A DNA stretch of 64,000 nucleotides, from assembly GCA_963755715.1 (NCBI GenBank), contig CAVWLW010000036.1, forward strand, positions 1 through 64,000. The letters are read 5' to 3'. The notes under the pieces are model-generated. The model did no database searches and was not told the origin of the DNA. It saw only the letters and a program-made list of their open reading frames with translations. Positions within the stretch are counted from its first letter, which is position 1; every line of letters starts with the position of its first letter. Origin of the DNA: an uncultured delta proteobacterium (GTDB lineage Bacteria; Desulfobacterota; Binatia; UBA9968). Shown here in pieces: positions 19,896 through 28,861 of the stretch. Position numbers and translations under genes: made by a program.

Positions 19896-20277
19896 CTAAA
19901 CCTCCATCAATAAATTAGCACACGAAATGAGAAGAAAACCGATCGCGCCCCTGCAAGCGATTATTTTTTTAAGCCGGGTTGTCTTGAGCAGACTGAACCG
20001 ACGTAATCTAATGATCGCCGACCCAATCTTCAAGACCGACCGCTGATCATATACGGATCGTTGCGCCGGTCAAACGGAAAACTGGACTGTGAAACTCGGC
20101 ACCGAGCCGAAAGCGGCGCAGAGTAAAGGCAGAATGCTACGAATGAAACCAGCGAAACAAGGCCGAAGAGAGCGGGTGTGCGTAAAAACAGACACAGCTA
20201 CTGAAAGATGTTAACTGTGCGGCCGAATACCCGAAAAAGGCGTTCTTCAAAGGTCTTCGATGTTTGTTCTTAAATAT

Positions 20278-21348
20278 TTATCTAAATCCAAAGATCTGTT
20301 GATATTGCTCCAGTCGCTTTTTGTACATCGGCGCCAAAGTCTCAGCCCGGACAACGAGATACTTCGGATGATCGAGGCGGCTGTATTTCGACTTTACGCC
20401 TTTAAGCACGGGACCGCGGCCGAACTCCTGGGCGATAATCGTCTGCGCCTCTTGGCCGATGATCCAGTCGAGAAAAAGAATCGCCGCGTGCGGATGCTGC
20501 GCTTGTTTCGCGAGCGCCGACATGCGCGGTTTGCTGATCACGGGATCGATCATCGCGAAATCCACCGGCGCCCCTTCGGCCATCATTTGCGCGACCCGAT
20601 AGCCGTAGAGAATCGGTGACATACTGTACTCGCCGGCCCCGAGGAGCTGCGACTCCAAAGTATGACCGGTGCGCATTTCCGGCGCGAGTTGCGCTAGCCG
20701 TTTCATGAAGGCCAAGCCCTTTTCCTCGCCCATGTAATCCAGCACCGTATGAAACCAATCGGCATCCTGAGTGTCGAGCACCATTTTCCCTTTCCAGCGG
20801 GACTGAAGCATGTCCTCGTAGCTCTTCGGCACTTCGTCTTTGCGAACCAGCTTGGTGTTGTAGCCCGTCACCACCACGACGTGATAACCGCCGGTCCAGA
20901 AGCCTTCCTTGTCCATCATCTCTTCGCGGACGAAGCGGCGGTTCGGTGAAAGATATTTTTCGATGAGTCCCAGCCGCGCCATTTCGAAAATACTGCCGGG
21001 CTCCTGATCGACGGCATCGAAATCGTACCTGCCGGCGCGAGTCTCGGTGAGAATCTTGCTCAGCAAGGCCGTCGAGCCGGAGCGGTAATGATTGATTTTC
21101 AAAAATGGATAGCGCGCGCGAAACGCCGCCAGCAGCCGAGTCGAATGGTCCGTCGACATCGTGCCATAAAAAGAGAAAGCGCCTTCCTTCTTCGCTTCAT
21201 CTTCGAGCAACGCTTGGCGCTGCGCTTCCGGCGTGCGCTGCAGCTTGGCGACGACGTCTGCAGCCGTCGCTGCGACTGTCGAGCTTAGGCGTAATAAAAC
21301 AAAACCCAAACTTAGCATTGAGATTCGTAAAAAAAATCTAATTGTCAT
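20278..21348 (-). CDS. Extracellular solute-binding protein (Fe3+/AfuA-like)
   Basis: Signal peptide; AKKEG, GYNTKLV, PKSYEDML..WKGK and AQHPHAAILFLDW. Confidence 0.85.
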   Translation of the reverse strand: MTIRFFLRISMLSLGFVLLRLSSTVAATAADVVAKLQRTPEAQRQALLEDEAKKEGAFSFYGTMSTDHSTRLLAAFRARYPFLKINHYRSGSTALLSKILTETRAGRYDFDAVDQEPGSIFEMARLGLIEKYLSPNRRFVREEMMDKEGFWTGGYHVVVVTGYNTKLVRKDEVPKSYEDMLQSRWKGKMVLDTQDADWFHTVLDYMGEEKGLAFMKRLAQLAPEMRTGHTLESQLLGAGEYSMSPILYGYRVAQMMAEGAPVDFAMIDPVISKPRMSALAKQAQHPHAAILFLDWIIGQEAQTIIAQEFGRGPVLKGVKSKYSRLDHPKYLVVRAETLAPMYKKRLEQYQQIFGFR

Positions 21349-21549
21349 TAAACGTCGCCTCCAAGAATTGACGTGATGCGAAAAACTTACGAGTGTTCTG
21401 ATCAACACACTTAACGATTATTGCGATGCCACGATCTTGTCGTAGTCTTGAACAGAACAGGTTTCCGAGGAACCGCGCATCGATTTTTCCACGGCACCGG
21501 CTCGCCCGGACACCCGACGTTGTAAGACCTTGAATTATAGAAGGAAGAA

Positions 21550-22122
21550 CTATCCGTCCGAACCTAACACTTCCCAAAATCCATTGTTTCGGCGGATGGA
21601 GAACTGGTGAGCTCGAACCATTTCAAATGCGTTAGTGGGCTCAATTTTTGTGATGTTGTAGCTGCAAAGAGCCACGACGCGTCGACCGTTTATACGTTTG
21701 TGAATATCTCGCTCGTACTGCATAAAGGCATCCCAATCGGCAGGGGTAACGAGAGATGTGTTTCCGGCAATTCGCAGTCCTTCATAACCTTCGCTCAAGG
21801 ACCGTTGTTCTTCTTCCAACCAGTGCTCGGCACCTAATCCCGCGCGTGCATGCCATTCATTGTAACCGCAGATTCTTAACCGCCCTTCTTCTATCATAGT
21901 ATCGAGCCCCGGAACAATCTTCTTAAAATCTGCCGCTGCCTCCTCAGCATGATAAGGCTCGCTCGTAGCCCAGATGCACCGTTCGTTATTTATGAGACCG
22001 GCCATAAAATAGGGGATGACGCTCTGAGCAAGGTCGCCTCGCGTCGAGTACATCTGACAAAAGTGACTGCCCCAGGGAATTTTGCCTATATCGGGTATTC
22101 CCGACTCAGTAATATAACTCAT
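21550..22122 (-). CDS. Stand-alone MEDS sensory-domain protein
   Basis: SGIPDIGKIPWGSHFCQMY, GLINNERCIW, GYEGLRIAGN, FMQYE, LCSY and AHQF. Confidence 0.85.
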   Translation of the reverse strand: MSYITESGIPDIGKIPWGSHFCQMYSTRGDLAQSVIPYFMAGLINNERCIWATSEPYHAEEAAADFKKIVPGLDTMIEEGRLRICGYNEWHARAGLGAEHWLEEEQRSLSEGYEGLRIAGNTSLVTPADWDAFMQYERDIHKRINGRRVVALCSYNITKIEPTNAFEMVRAHQFSIRRNNGFWEVLGSDG

Positions 22123-22955
22123 GACGGACGGTCTCTCAGAGATCGAGATGTATTCTCCCAGTGCCTCGCCAATGCGATAACGCGGCCAGCTATGTCCGGT
22201 TTCGATTCTATAAGCCAGAGGAGAAGCGCTTGCGATCCCGGCATTTCAGGACCTGACCAACGTTTGGAACTCCCCAGCCAATACAAAAGTTGACTCTCCA
22301 TACCTCTAAAAACTTCCAGGAGAGCTCGATCCACGCATTCTTTGTGCCGGGAATAGTCCTCGGAAGGAATGAGGTGACCATGAGTCCGGCAGACGTTCTG
22401 AAGCGGTCCGTCGTAAACTTGGCGATCGAATTTATCCATTAGAAACGAGCAGAAGATCGCTATCGACTCTTGATGGGCTACTTCATCGAAAAACTCTTCA
22501 AGACGAGTGGAAGCCTGGCCATTGCCCCTGACGTAGAGCACATTAACCATCTCGCCCCACCACCGGACATTGGCATAACGACCATTTGCCCGCGCCTTCC
22601 CGATCGTGTCATGAGCGATGCCCTTAAAAGTCCTGCCGTCCGGCATGTCTTTGACAAGAAACTTGGGAAGCGTTTCGTCTGCATCGAGCAAGGTGAGCTG
22701 ACCCGCACGACGCAACTCTTCAATGTCAAACCCTTTGTTGGTCAGACGCCCGGCGATATTTTCCCAGTGCGGTTTAGTCGCGACGATAATGATAGCCTCG
22801 TTTTTCAATAAGCCGTGAGCTGCAAAATGGCTCACGGCGTGACCGAAAAAGTCGTCGTCCTGGTAGAGCTGAACTGCGTGTTCAGTTGGGCCGAGATCAG
22901 CAAGCAGGGAATGCCACGCAGAGGGCGTGGATTCTTTCATGACCAAATCCTTCAC
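22119..22955 (-). CDS. MEDS-domain protein with short C-terminal extension
   Basis: HAVQLYQDD, IVATKPH, GQLTLLDADETL, VRWWGEMVNVL, RLEEFF, IFCSF and VCRTHGH. 4-bp overlap with the next gene; the start may be ATG 22940. Confidence 0.8.
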   Translation of the reverse strand: MKDLVMKESTPSAWHSLLADLGPTEHAVQLYQDDDFFGHAVSHFAAHGLLKNEAIIIVATKPHWENIAGRLTNKGFDIEELRRAGQLTLLDADETLPKFLVKDMPDGRTFKGIAHDTIGKARANGRYANVRWWGEMVNVLYVRGNGQASTRLEEFFDEVAHQESIAIFCSFLMDKFDRQVYDGPLQNVCRTHGHLIPSEDYSRHKECVDRALLEVFRGMESQLLYWLGSSKRWSGPEMPGSQALLLWLIESKPDIAGRVIALARHWENTSRSLRDRPS

Positions 22956-23169
22956 AATCTTAGAGGAATCGTAATAGATTATTAACTCTTAGATTGTCAG
23001 CTTTACAAGCAGTGCCGCTACTTTTTTATCTCCCATCACTCAAACAGGAGCGCCGTACCGTATCGCACACAATTTGGGGTTTGCATTCGAGGTGGTTCAA
23101 TCGCAAAGGGGCGTCATGCCCGTACTTTATCCCCATGCAGAGAAGGTGCGGGCATCGCTAGAAATCTAT

Positions 23170-23204
23170 TCGGTGGCTGCCAAACCCGACTTGGCAGCCA
23201 CCGA
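23170..23204. terminator. Strong hairpin, probable terminator of the BON-hemerythrin operon
   Basis: TCGGTGGCTGCCAA-ACCCGAC-TTGGCAGCCACCGA, a perfect 14-bp stem. Confidence 0.6.
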
Positions 23205-23243
23205 TTGAAAAACCGACCATCGATCTATCTCAGACAAGAGAAG

Positions 23244-23687
23244 TCAGCTAGCTTTTCGAACTTCGTCGTTTTTGGCCGCTTCAAGTTCCTGACCCAACCG
23301 CTCGAGTTTCTCGGCGTTCATGACCTTACGGACCTTGGGAAACATTTTTCCTTCTTCCTCTTCCTCGGCATGATGTTCGACGTTTTCCATTAACACCTTC
23401 AGTTTAGGTTCGAACTTTTCGCTATCGGAAGTAAGGTTTTCCATTTCCCGGAGGAGAGTCTTGACCTGTTTGTGCTCTTCAAGCGATTCCAGCACCATTT
23501 TTTCCAGCTCCTCGGTTTGTCTTACGGCTGGATAAAAAACCATCTCCTCGATATGCGTATGGGTTTCCAGTTCTTTCTTGATTTGCTCGAAGAGTTGTTT
23601 CTGGCGTGCCGCGTTCGCGCCTTCCGCCTTTTTAAATAGTTCTTTAACTTTCTGATGATCGGTTTTAAGAAGCTCTAAAGCATTCAT
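23244..23687 (-). CDS. Hemerythrin/HHE cation-binding domain protein
   Basis: LKTDH, HTHIEE..FYP, EEHKQVK and HHAEEEEE.KMFP; GAGGAG RBS. Confidence 0.9.
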   Translation of the reverse strand: MNALELLKTDHQKVKELFKKAEGANAARQKQLFEQIKKELETHTHIEEMVFYPAVRQTEELEKMVLESLEEHKQVKTLLREMENLTSDSEKFEPKLKVLMENVEHHAEEEEEGKMFPKVRKVMNAEKLERLGQELEAAKNDEVRKAS

Positions 23688-23750
23688 GTATTTTTCTCCT
23701 CGCAAAGTTAAGTCGGTTAATTTTTCGCTGCTGCGCACGCGAATTGCCGA

Positions 23751-23873
23751 TTATGTGCAACCACGCATCAGGAACAACACTACCAATATAGGAATGGGAA
23801 TCCCCAACAGCCAAAGGAGGCCCCAACCCAACGCGCCCGTCTCGTTTTTTACGAGCTTCGATAAAATCTTCAT
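23751..23873 (-). CDS. 40-aa membrane microprotein (not in the ORF track)
   Basis: MKILSKLVKNETGALGWGLLWLLGIPIPILVVLFLMRGCT*; strong RBS TAGGAGG; fills the gap inside the operon. Confidence 0.75.
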   Translation of the reverse strand: MKILSKLVKNETGALGWGLLWLLGIPIPILVVLFLMRGCT

Positions 23874-23921
23874 GATCCCCTCCTAAAAAAGTTGCGATCC
23901 CGCGGACCGTAACAAGCGCAA

Positions 23922-24461
23922 CTAAGCGCGCCTTTCTTCCCGCTTGGGAACGCCTTCTTCTCCCGTCGAAGAGATGTCGTGCGCGCCGTTACGTTCAAAA
24001 ATATCTTTGGCGCGTTTTACCTCATCGCTGTCTTCCGAGTGCACCGAAATCAGTATGTTGCCTTCTTTGATTTTTCCCTCGTACTGTTTAGCCTCGTACT
24101 CGGGGATGCCCAAGCCCACCAGCGCCCCACTCAACCCGCCCACAGCGGCACCCACACCCGCGCCGGCCAGAGCTGCCATGATCGGTCCGGCCGCTATGAA
24201 CGGGCCGACCCCGGGAATCGCCAAAGATCCGATTCCAATCAACCATCCCAAAGCTCCACCCAGCACTCCCCCCGTGCCTGCTCCTGTAGCGGCGCCTTCC
24301 GGGGCCTTGGTGTGCTGTTCGTGAGCAAAATCTCTGGTTCCAGATTTGTCGGGGAACAGCACCGAGATATCGTTATTGGAAAAGCCAGCACTCTTGAGTT
24401 CGCTGACTATGCTTTCGGCTTGCCTTTCATTATCGATTAGACCAAAAACTGATTTTGACAT
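23922..24461 (-). CDS. General stress protein 17M/YflT-like glycine-zipper membrane protein
   Basis: GFSNNDISVL, TKAPEGAATG, LAIPGVGPFIAAGP, GIPEYEAKQYE and ILISVH. Confidence 0.8.
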   Translation of the reverse strand: MSKSVFGLIDNERQAESIVSELKSAGFSNNDISVLFPDKSGTRDFAHEQHTKAPEGAATGAGTGGVLGGALGWLIGIGSLAIPGVGPFIAAGPIMAALAGAGVGAAVGGLSGALVGLGIPEYEAKQYEGKIKEGNILISVHSEDSDEVKRAKDIFERNGAHDISSTGEEGVPKREERRA

Positions 24462-24491
24462 GGTATTCTCCTTTGAATTTTTTAGTGAATT

Positions 24492-24881
24492 TTAGCTGGC
24501 GATCTCCAATTGATTATCGACTTTTTTTACTCCTGCGACTTGCTGGGCCTTGGCGACAATAGCCTCTTTCTCTTTTTCGCTCTTAACCGGTCCGCGTAAC
24601 GTCACCGTGCCGTCGACTGTAATAATCTTGACGTTCTTGCCGTTAGTGGAAAGAGAATCATCGGCGACGATGGCCTGGCGAATATTCTGGGTAATGGTCC
24701 GATCGGCTTCGCTTTCCGACTGATCCCCCGAAGTCTTGGTCGCGCCGTCAGCATCTTTAACGTTGCGACCGCTATTATCCGCGGCGGTTTGAGCGGGCTG
24801 ATCTCTCTTAGAGACGTCATCTTTTTTGCCACAACCCAATATTAGAACCGCGAGAATTAAACCGAGAGCACGTGTTCGCAT
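24492..24881 (-). CDS. BON-domain lipoprotein (OsmY-like)
   Basis: Lipobox LILGC; DRTITQNIR, GTVTLRGPV and GVKKVDNQL. Confidence 0.9.
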   Translation of the reverse strand: MRTRALGLILAVLILGCGKKDDVSKRDQPAQTAADNSGRNVKDADGATKTSGDQSESEADRTITQNIRQAIVADDSLSTNGKNVKIITVDGTVTLRGPVKSEKEKEAIVAKAQQVAGVKKVDNQLEIAS

Positions 24882-25113
24882 ACAATCTCCTTTTAAAATT
24901 TTTTTTACTCGTTTTTGCGCAGCTGCAGAGTTCTTGGGCTAGGGTATTCCTCCTTTGTCCCTAAGTGGGATCAGACTGGATTTTATTCCGCGCTATCGAA
25001 TGACTGAGCGCCCGACTGGTCAATGCGTTATCGAGTCGTGGGGCTGACGGCAGCAAAACCTGTGTAGTTACTAAGAGGGGGAGCTAACTTTGCCTCGTCA
25101 CAGAAAAGAGTAG

Positions 25114-25130
25114 AGCAAGTTTGATGCCCA
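25114..25130 (-). promoter_or_regulatory. sigma54 -24/-12 promoter motif for the BON operon
   Basis: Minus strand TGGGCATCAAACTTGCT (GG-N10-GC with TTGC). Confidence 0.6.
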
Positions 25131-25337
25131 ACTACGAAAACCCATGTTTAGGTCGGCCACGCCGTCTTTAATGCAACAAAAACACGGACAACGTTTTGAG
25201 GTATGCTCTTTGGGTCTAACAACAATTCCTATTTGTGTAGATAATATTCTACGAATTGTTAGATAAACACCGACTAAAGATTCACATGATGGCGGCCGCG
25301 GTCAGCGGTGGAATTGGTGCGACTATAATTGTGCTGA

Positions 25338-25442
25338 TTATGGCGAAGGTATAAAGAGCGACACCGGTCGCGAGTCCTGGCGAGATCCGGAACCGCGTCG
25401 ATCCTCGATATTTCTGCTTTGCTCTCCTTGATCCAAGCGCAT
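25338..25442 (-). pseudogene. N-terminal remnant of a YpfJ-like neutral zinc metallopeptidase
   Basis: AGGAGG RBS then MRLDQGEQSRNIEDRRG, matching the family's S.NVEDRRG start; stops after 34 aa. Confidence 0.5.
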
Positions 25443-25451
25443 AACCTCCTC

Positions 25452-26444
25452 TTAGGATTGTCCCAGGCTACGGGCTCGACCATTGGGGTGCCCTTTACCA
25501 ACGCGTGATCCCATTCGCTCATCACTTCGCCTTTCGGGCGGCGGTGTTTCTCTTTTGCGGTTTACGCCGAGGGGTTCAGCGTTTTCGGTAGGCGTCACGC
25601 CCGACCCGTACTGGCTTGCGTATACTTGGGTAAATTCCGCACCTAGAAAAAATATCAGCGATGAATAATAGACCCAGAGTAAGACCGTGATCAACGAGCC
25701 GGCAGCTCCGTAGGCTGAACTAACCCCGCTGTGACCCAAGTACAGACCGATCAGAAATTTTCCTACAGTGAAGAGCACTGAAGTTAAAGCGGCGCCGATC
25801 CATACGTCGCGCCACTGAATGCGCACGTCCGGAAGAAACTTGTAAATCATCGCGAAGAGCGCCGTCACGAGGATAAATGAGACGAAAAGGTCCAGTACAT
25901 GGGCAAGGATTTCGGCTCCCCCCAAAAAGTTACCCATGAATTGCGTTAGGCTGGTTATTACGGCGCTAATCACTAGCGAGACTAAAAGCAGAAATCCGAT
26001 AGACAATACCATTGCAAACGAGATGAACCGCTGGCGAACGAACCCCCACACCCCTTGCCCGGATTTGGGTGTTACACCCCAGATCGTATTGAGCGAGGTC
26101 TGTAACTGACCAACAACACCGCCGGCACCTAAAATCAAAGCGACAACGCCCATGACCGCCGAAAGCACTCCGGTTTTCGGTTGGCTACTGGCGTTTTGGA
26201 TCATCCCTTGAATAGCTTGAGCACTCTGTTGCCCGACCATTCCCTGGATTGTTCCAACGATTTGGTGCTCTGCTGCCTCTCGGCCAAAAGCGAATCCGGC
26301 TATGGCGATCACGATTATGAGCAACGGCGCGAGAGAAAAAAGCGTGTAGTATGAGAGCGAAGAGGAAAGCAGAAAAGGCTGGTCCTCGATCCACTGCGCC
26401 ACCGTACGTTTTAAAAGTCCCCAGATCGAGTTCTTCTGTTTCAT
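25452..26444 (-). CDS. YihY/BrkB family membrane protein
   Basis: SYYTLFSLAPLL, LQTSLNTIW, YKFLPD and YGAAGSLITVLLWVYYSSLIFFLGAEF. Confidence 0.92.
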   Translation of the reverse strand: MKQKNSIWGLLKRTVAQWIEDQPFLLSSSLSYYTLFSLAPLLIIVIAIAGFAFGREAAEHQIVGTIQGMVGQQSAQAIQGMIQNASSQPKTGVLSAVMGVVALILGAGGVVGQLQTSLNTIWGVTPKSGQGVWGFVRQRFISFAMVLSIGFLLLVSLVISAVITSLTQFMGNFLGGAEILAHVLDLFVSFILVTALFAMIYKFLPDVRIQWRDVWIGAALTSVLFTVGKFLIGLYLGHSGVSSAYGAAGSLITVLLWVYYSSLIFFLGAEFTQVYASQYGSGVTPTENAEPLGVNRKRETPPPERRSDERMGSRVGKGHPNGRARSLGQS

Positions 26445-26536
26445 GACGAGCGGAGTCTTCCTATTCAGTTTTTTATCTACAAAGTGTCTGGGTTCACTTG
26501 CATCGAACCGCGCCAGACGTTCTATGGAGAGTGGTC

Positions 26537-26552
26537 CGCAAGGCTTGTGCCG
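26537..26552 (-). promoter_or_regulatory. sigma54 -24/-12 promoter motif for yihY
   Basis: Minus strand CGGCACAAGCCTTGCG, ~90 bp upstream of the ATG. Confidence 0.65.
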
Positions 26553-27277
26553 AACCAAGCTTGTTAGCAAGTATTTCGGCTATGGTTGGACTACTCCCTC
26601 GCTGCCAACAATAGAAATTGATAACGCACCACGCACTTCAACCCAGAATCAGGCAAACCACCCGCGGAAAAGTTTTAACAAGCTTCTGGAGGAGAAGTGC
26701 GGTTGGCTTAGTCGTGGCATTATGCTTGGGCGACATTCCCATCCACAGAGCAGGAGGACAGGTTGGTCGGTGAAATTCGGGACAGGCAATCAACAAAGGA
26801 AAAGAACAGGGTGCTCAGCCTACGAGAAGGGAAGTGAGCTGGCAAAACAGAATATAGAGCGGATTGTCCAGACGCCCTCCGGCGGACAGCGCGATGTCTC
26901 CGGTCATGGCAATTTGTGATTCTAGAGTAAAAGTTCTTATACTTCCCAAGCGAAGTCTTCCTGACAGAGCGGGCTCGTCGCCCCGGAGTACGAGCGGATT
27001 GCGATTGTTTACGTTTGCGCTCTTTGTAAACCGGCGACTAATGTGAGCGGAATTGCCGCACATATATAACCTGCTTGTAGGGATATTCAATACGTTGCAT
27101 CAGCTTGAACCCCCAAACTATTTCACAGCTTCGGTACTGAGCGTAATCGCAGCGGAGAACGTCGCGCGAGGGCGCGGGTAAGTGTCGACGGGGCGTAGCA
27201 CTTGACCTCTGAGCTAAAGCAATCTAGCGCCTTCCACAACTATCATCCAGAGTCTGGATGTTGACAGCTCACAATTG

Positions 27278-27293
27278 TGGCGCAAACTTTGCT
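27278..27293 (+). promoter_or_regulatory. sigma54 -24/-12 promoter motif for the second hemerythrin gene
   Basis: TGGCGCAAACTTTGCT, 24 bp upstream of ATG 27318. Confidence 0.65.
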
Positions 27294-27317
27294 CACGAAT
27301 CCGCCCAGGAGGAACCC

Positions 27318-27767
27318 ATGGATGCTTTAGAGCTTTTGAAACAAGACCACCAAAAGGTGAAAAAATTACTAACATCAGCAACAGAAACCGAGGATAAAAA
27401 CGAACAGAAGCGGCTCTTCAAGGAGATTAAAACCGAGCTCGATACCCATGCTCGCCTTGAAGAGACCATCTTTTATCCCGCGGTGCAGGAACACGAAGAC
27501 CTTAAGAACATGGTCTTTGAATCCCTGGAGGAGCACCGACAGGTAAAAACGTTACTTCGGGAGTTGAGCCGCGTGACGGCCGGGAGTGATAAATTCAAGG
27601 CGAAGCTGAAGGTCTTGAACGACGATGTCGAACATCATGCCGAGGAGGAAGAGGAAGGAAAGATGTTCCCGAAGGTGCGAAAAGCATTTGATAGCAATGA
27701 ATTAGAAGAGCTAGGCCAAGAATTGGAAGCAGCTAAACAAAAAAAGCGGTTGCGGAAAGCTAGCTGA
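27318..27767 (+). CDS. Hemerythrin/HHE domain protein (paralog of 23244-23687)
   Basis: MDALELLKQDH, HARLEE..FYP, EEHRQVK and HHAEEEEEGKMFP; AGGAGG RBS. Confidence 0.9.
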   Translation: MDALELLKQDHQKVKKLLTSATETEDKNEQKRLFKEIKTELDTHARLEETIFYPAVQEHEDLKNMVFESLEEHRQVKTLLRELSRVTAGSDKFKAKLKVLNDDVEHHAEEEEEGKMFPKVRKAFDSNELEELGQELEAAKQKKRLRKAS

Positions 27768-27859
27768 CGGCTCGATCACAGTCAAAATGAAATGCCATGC
27801 GCTGGCGCTTTTTCCGATGCATCGATTGACATCTTTTTTATCAAGGGAGAAAGACCCAC

Positions 27860-28861
27860 ATTAAAGTTACGCTGATTCATAACCCTTCCGCCGGTGACGA
27901 CTCACAGCCCTCGGGTGATCGAATTGTTGAAATGATTCAGTCCGCGGGGCACAAGGTCAAGTATCAATCTTCAAAAGAGAAAGACTGGAAGAAAGCACTT
28001 AAGAGACGTTGCGATATCATCGCGGTCGCGGGCGGGGATGGGACCGTCGGCAAGGTCGCGCGGCGGCTGGTCGGCAGCCCCACCCCTATCGCCATTTTAC
28101 CGGTGGGAACCGCCAACAACATCGGCCACGCCCTAGGACTCACGGGCAGAGCGCTCGAACCTCTGATCCTGGAATGGGAGTCTGCTCGGCGTATTAATTT
28201 TGACATTGGCGAGGCGGAGGGTCCGTGGGGGTCGAATTACTTCGTTGAGGGCGTCGGCGTCGGATTATTTGCCGCAACGATGTTGAACATTAGAGAACGA
28301 AAAGATCCTATCCTCGCGGCTGATGTCTGCCGCGAAGATGAGATCACACGGGTTCTCCAGATTCTCAAGGAGCAGGTAGAAAAACATCGCCCAGAGAAGA
28401 TAAAAGTTCGTCTAGATGACGAAGACCTGTCGGACGATTATGTGCTCATACAAGCATTGAATATTCGCTACGCCGGTCCAAATCTCGATCTGGCTCCCGG
28501 CGCGGACACCAACGATGGGCTTCTCGACGTGGTTTTGCTCACCCGCGGCGAGGAAGGCAAGCTGAGCCGATATCTCAACCATTGTATAAGGGGCCGAAAC
28601 GCAAAAGCGAAGCTAACGGTCCGTCGCGGCCGCCATTTACAAATTGAATGGGACGGCTCTTCCGTTCACGTCGATGATAAGGCGTGGTCAAAAGACAATG
28701 CTAAGCCGAGAGCCCGCTCGAACGCGATCGATATTAAAGTCGGGCCGCAGTCCGTCTTATTTCTCTGCCCTCAGAAGACGAGACGGCGACCACGTCGGTC
28801 GGCGGCCACTAATCCGCGGCCGGTAACGTTGCTCAAGGAGCAATCCGATGTCTCCAATTAA
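27860..28861 (+). CDS. Diacylglycerol/lipid kinase family protein (YegS/DagK-like)
   Basis: AGGDGTV, LPVGTANNI and DGLLDV. The conserved IHNPSAG lies upstream of the first ATG; apparent ATT start at 27860. Confidence 0.85.
   Translation: MKVTLIHNPSAGDDSQPSGDRIVEMIQSAGHKVKYQSSKEKDWKKALKRRCDIIAVAGGDGTVGKVARRLVGSPTPIAILPVGTANNIGHALGLTGRALEPLILEWESARRINFDIGEAEGPWGSNYFVEGVGVGLFAATMLNIRERKDPILAADVCREDEITRVLQILKEQVEKHRPEKIKVRLDDEDLSDDYVLIQALNIRYAGPNLDLAPGADTNDGLLDVVLLTRGEEGKLSRYLNHCIRGRNAKAKLTVRRGRHLQIEWDGSSVHVDDKAWSKDNAKPRARSNAIDIKVGPQSVLFLCPQKTRRRPRRSAATNPRPVTLLKEQSDVSN

Noticed and set aside
24930-25105. Possible c-di-GMP-I riboswitch in the BON leader
   Set aside because: GGCAAA is present, but the GNRA tetraloop stem and GACGCAAA junction are not.
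26745-26840. CsbD-like remnant (EQEDRLVGEIRDR)
   Set aside because: The similarity is too short and weak to support.
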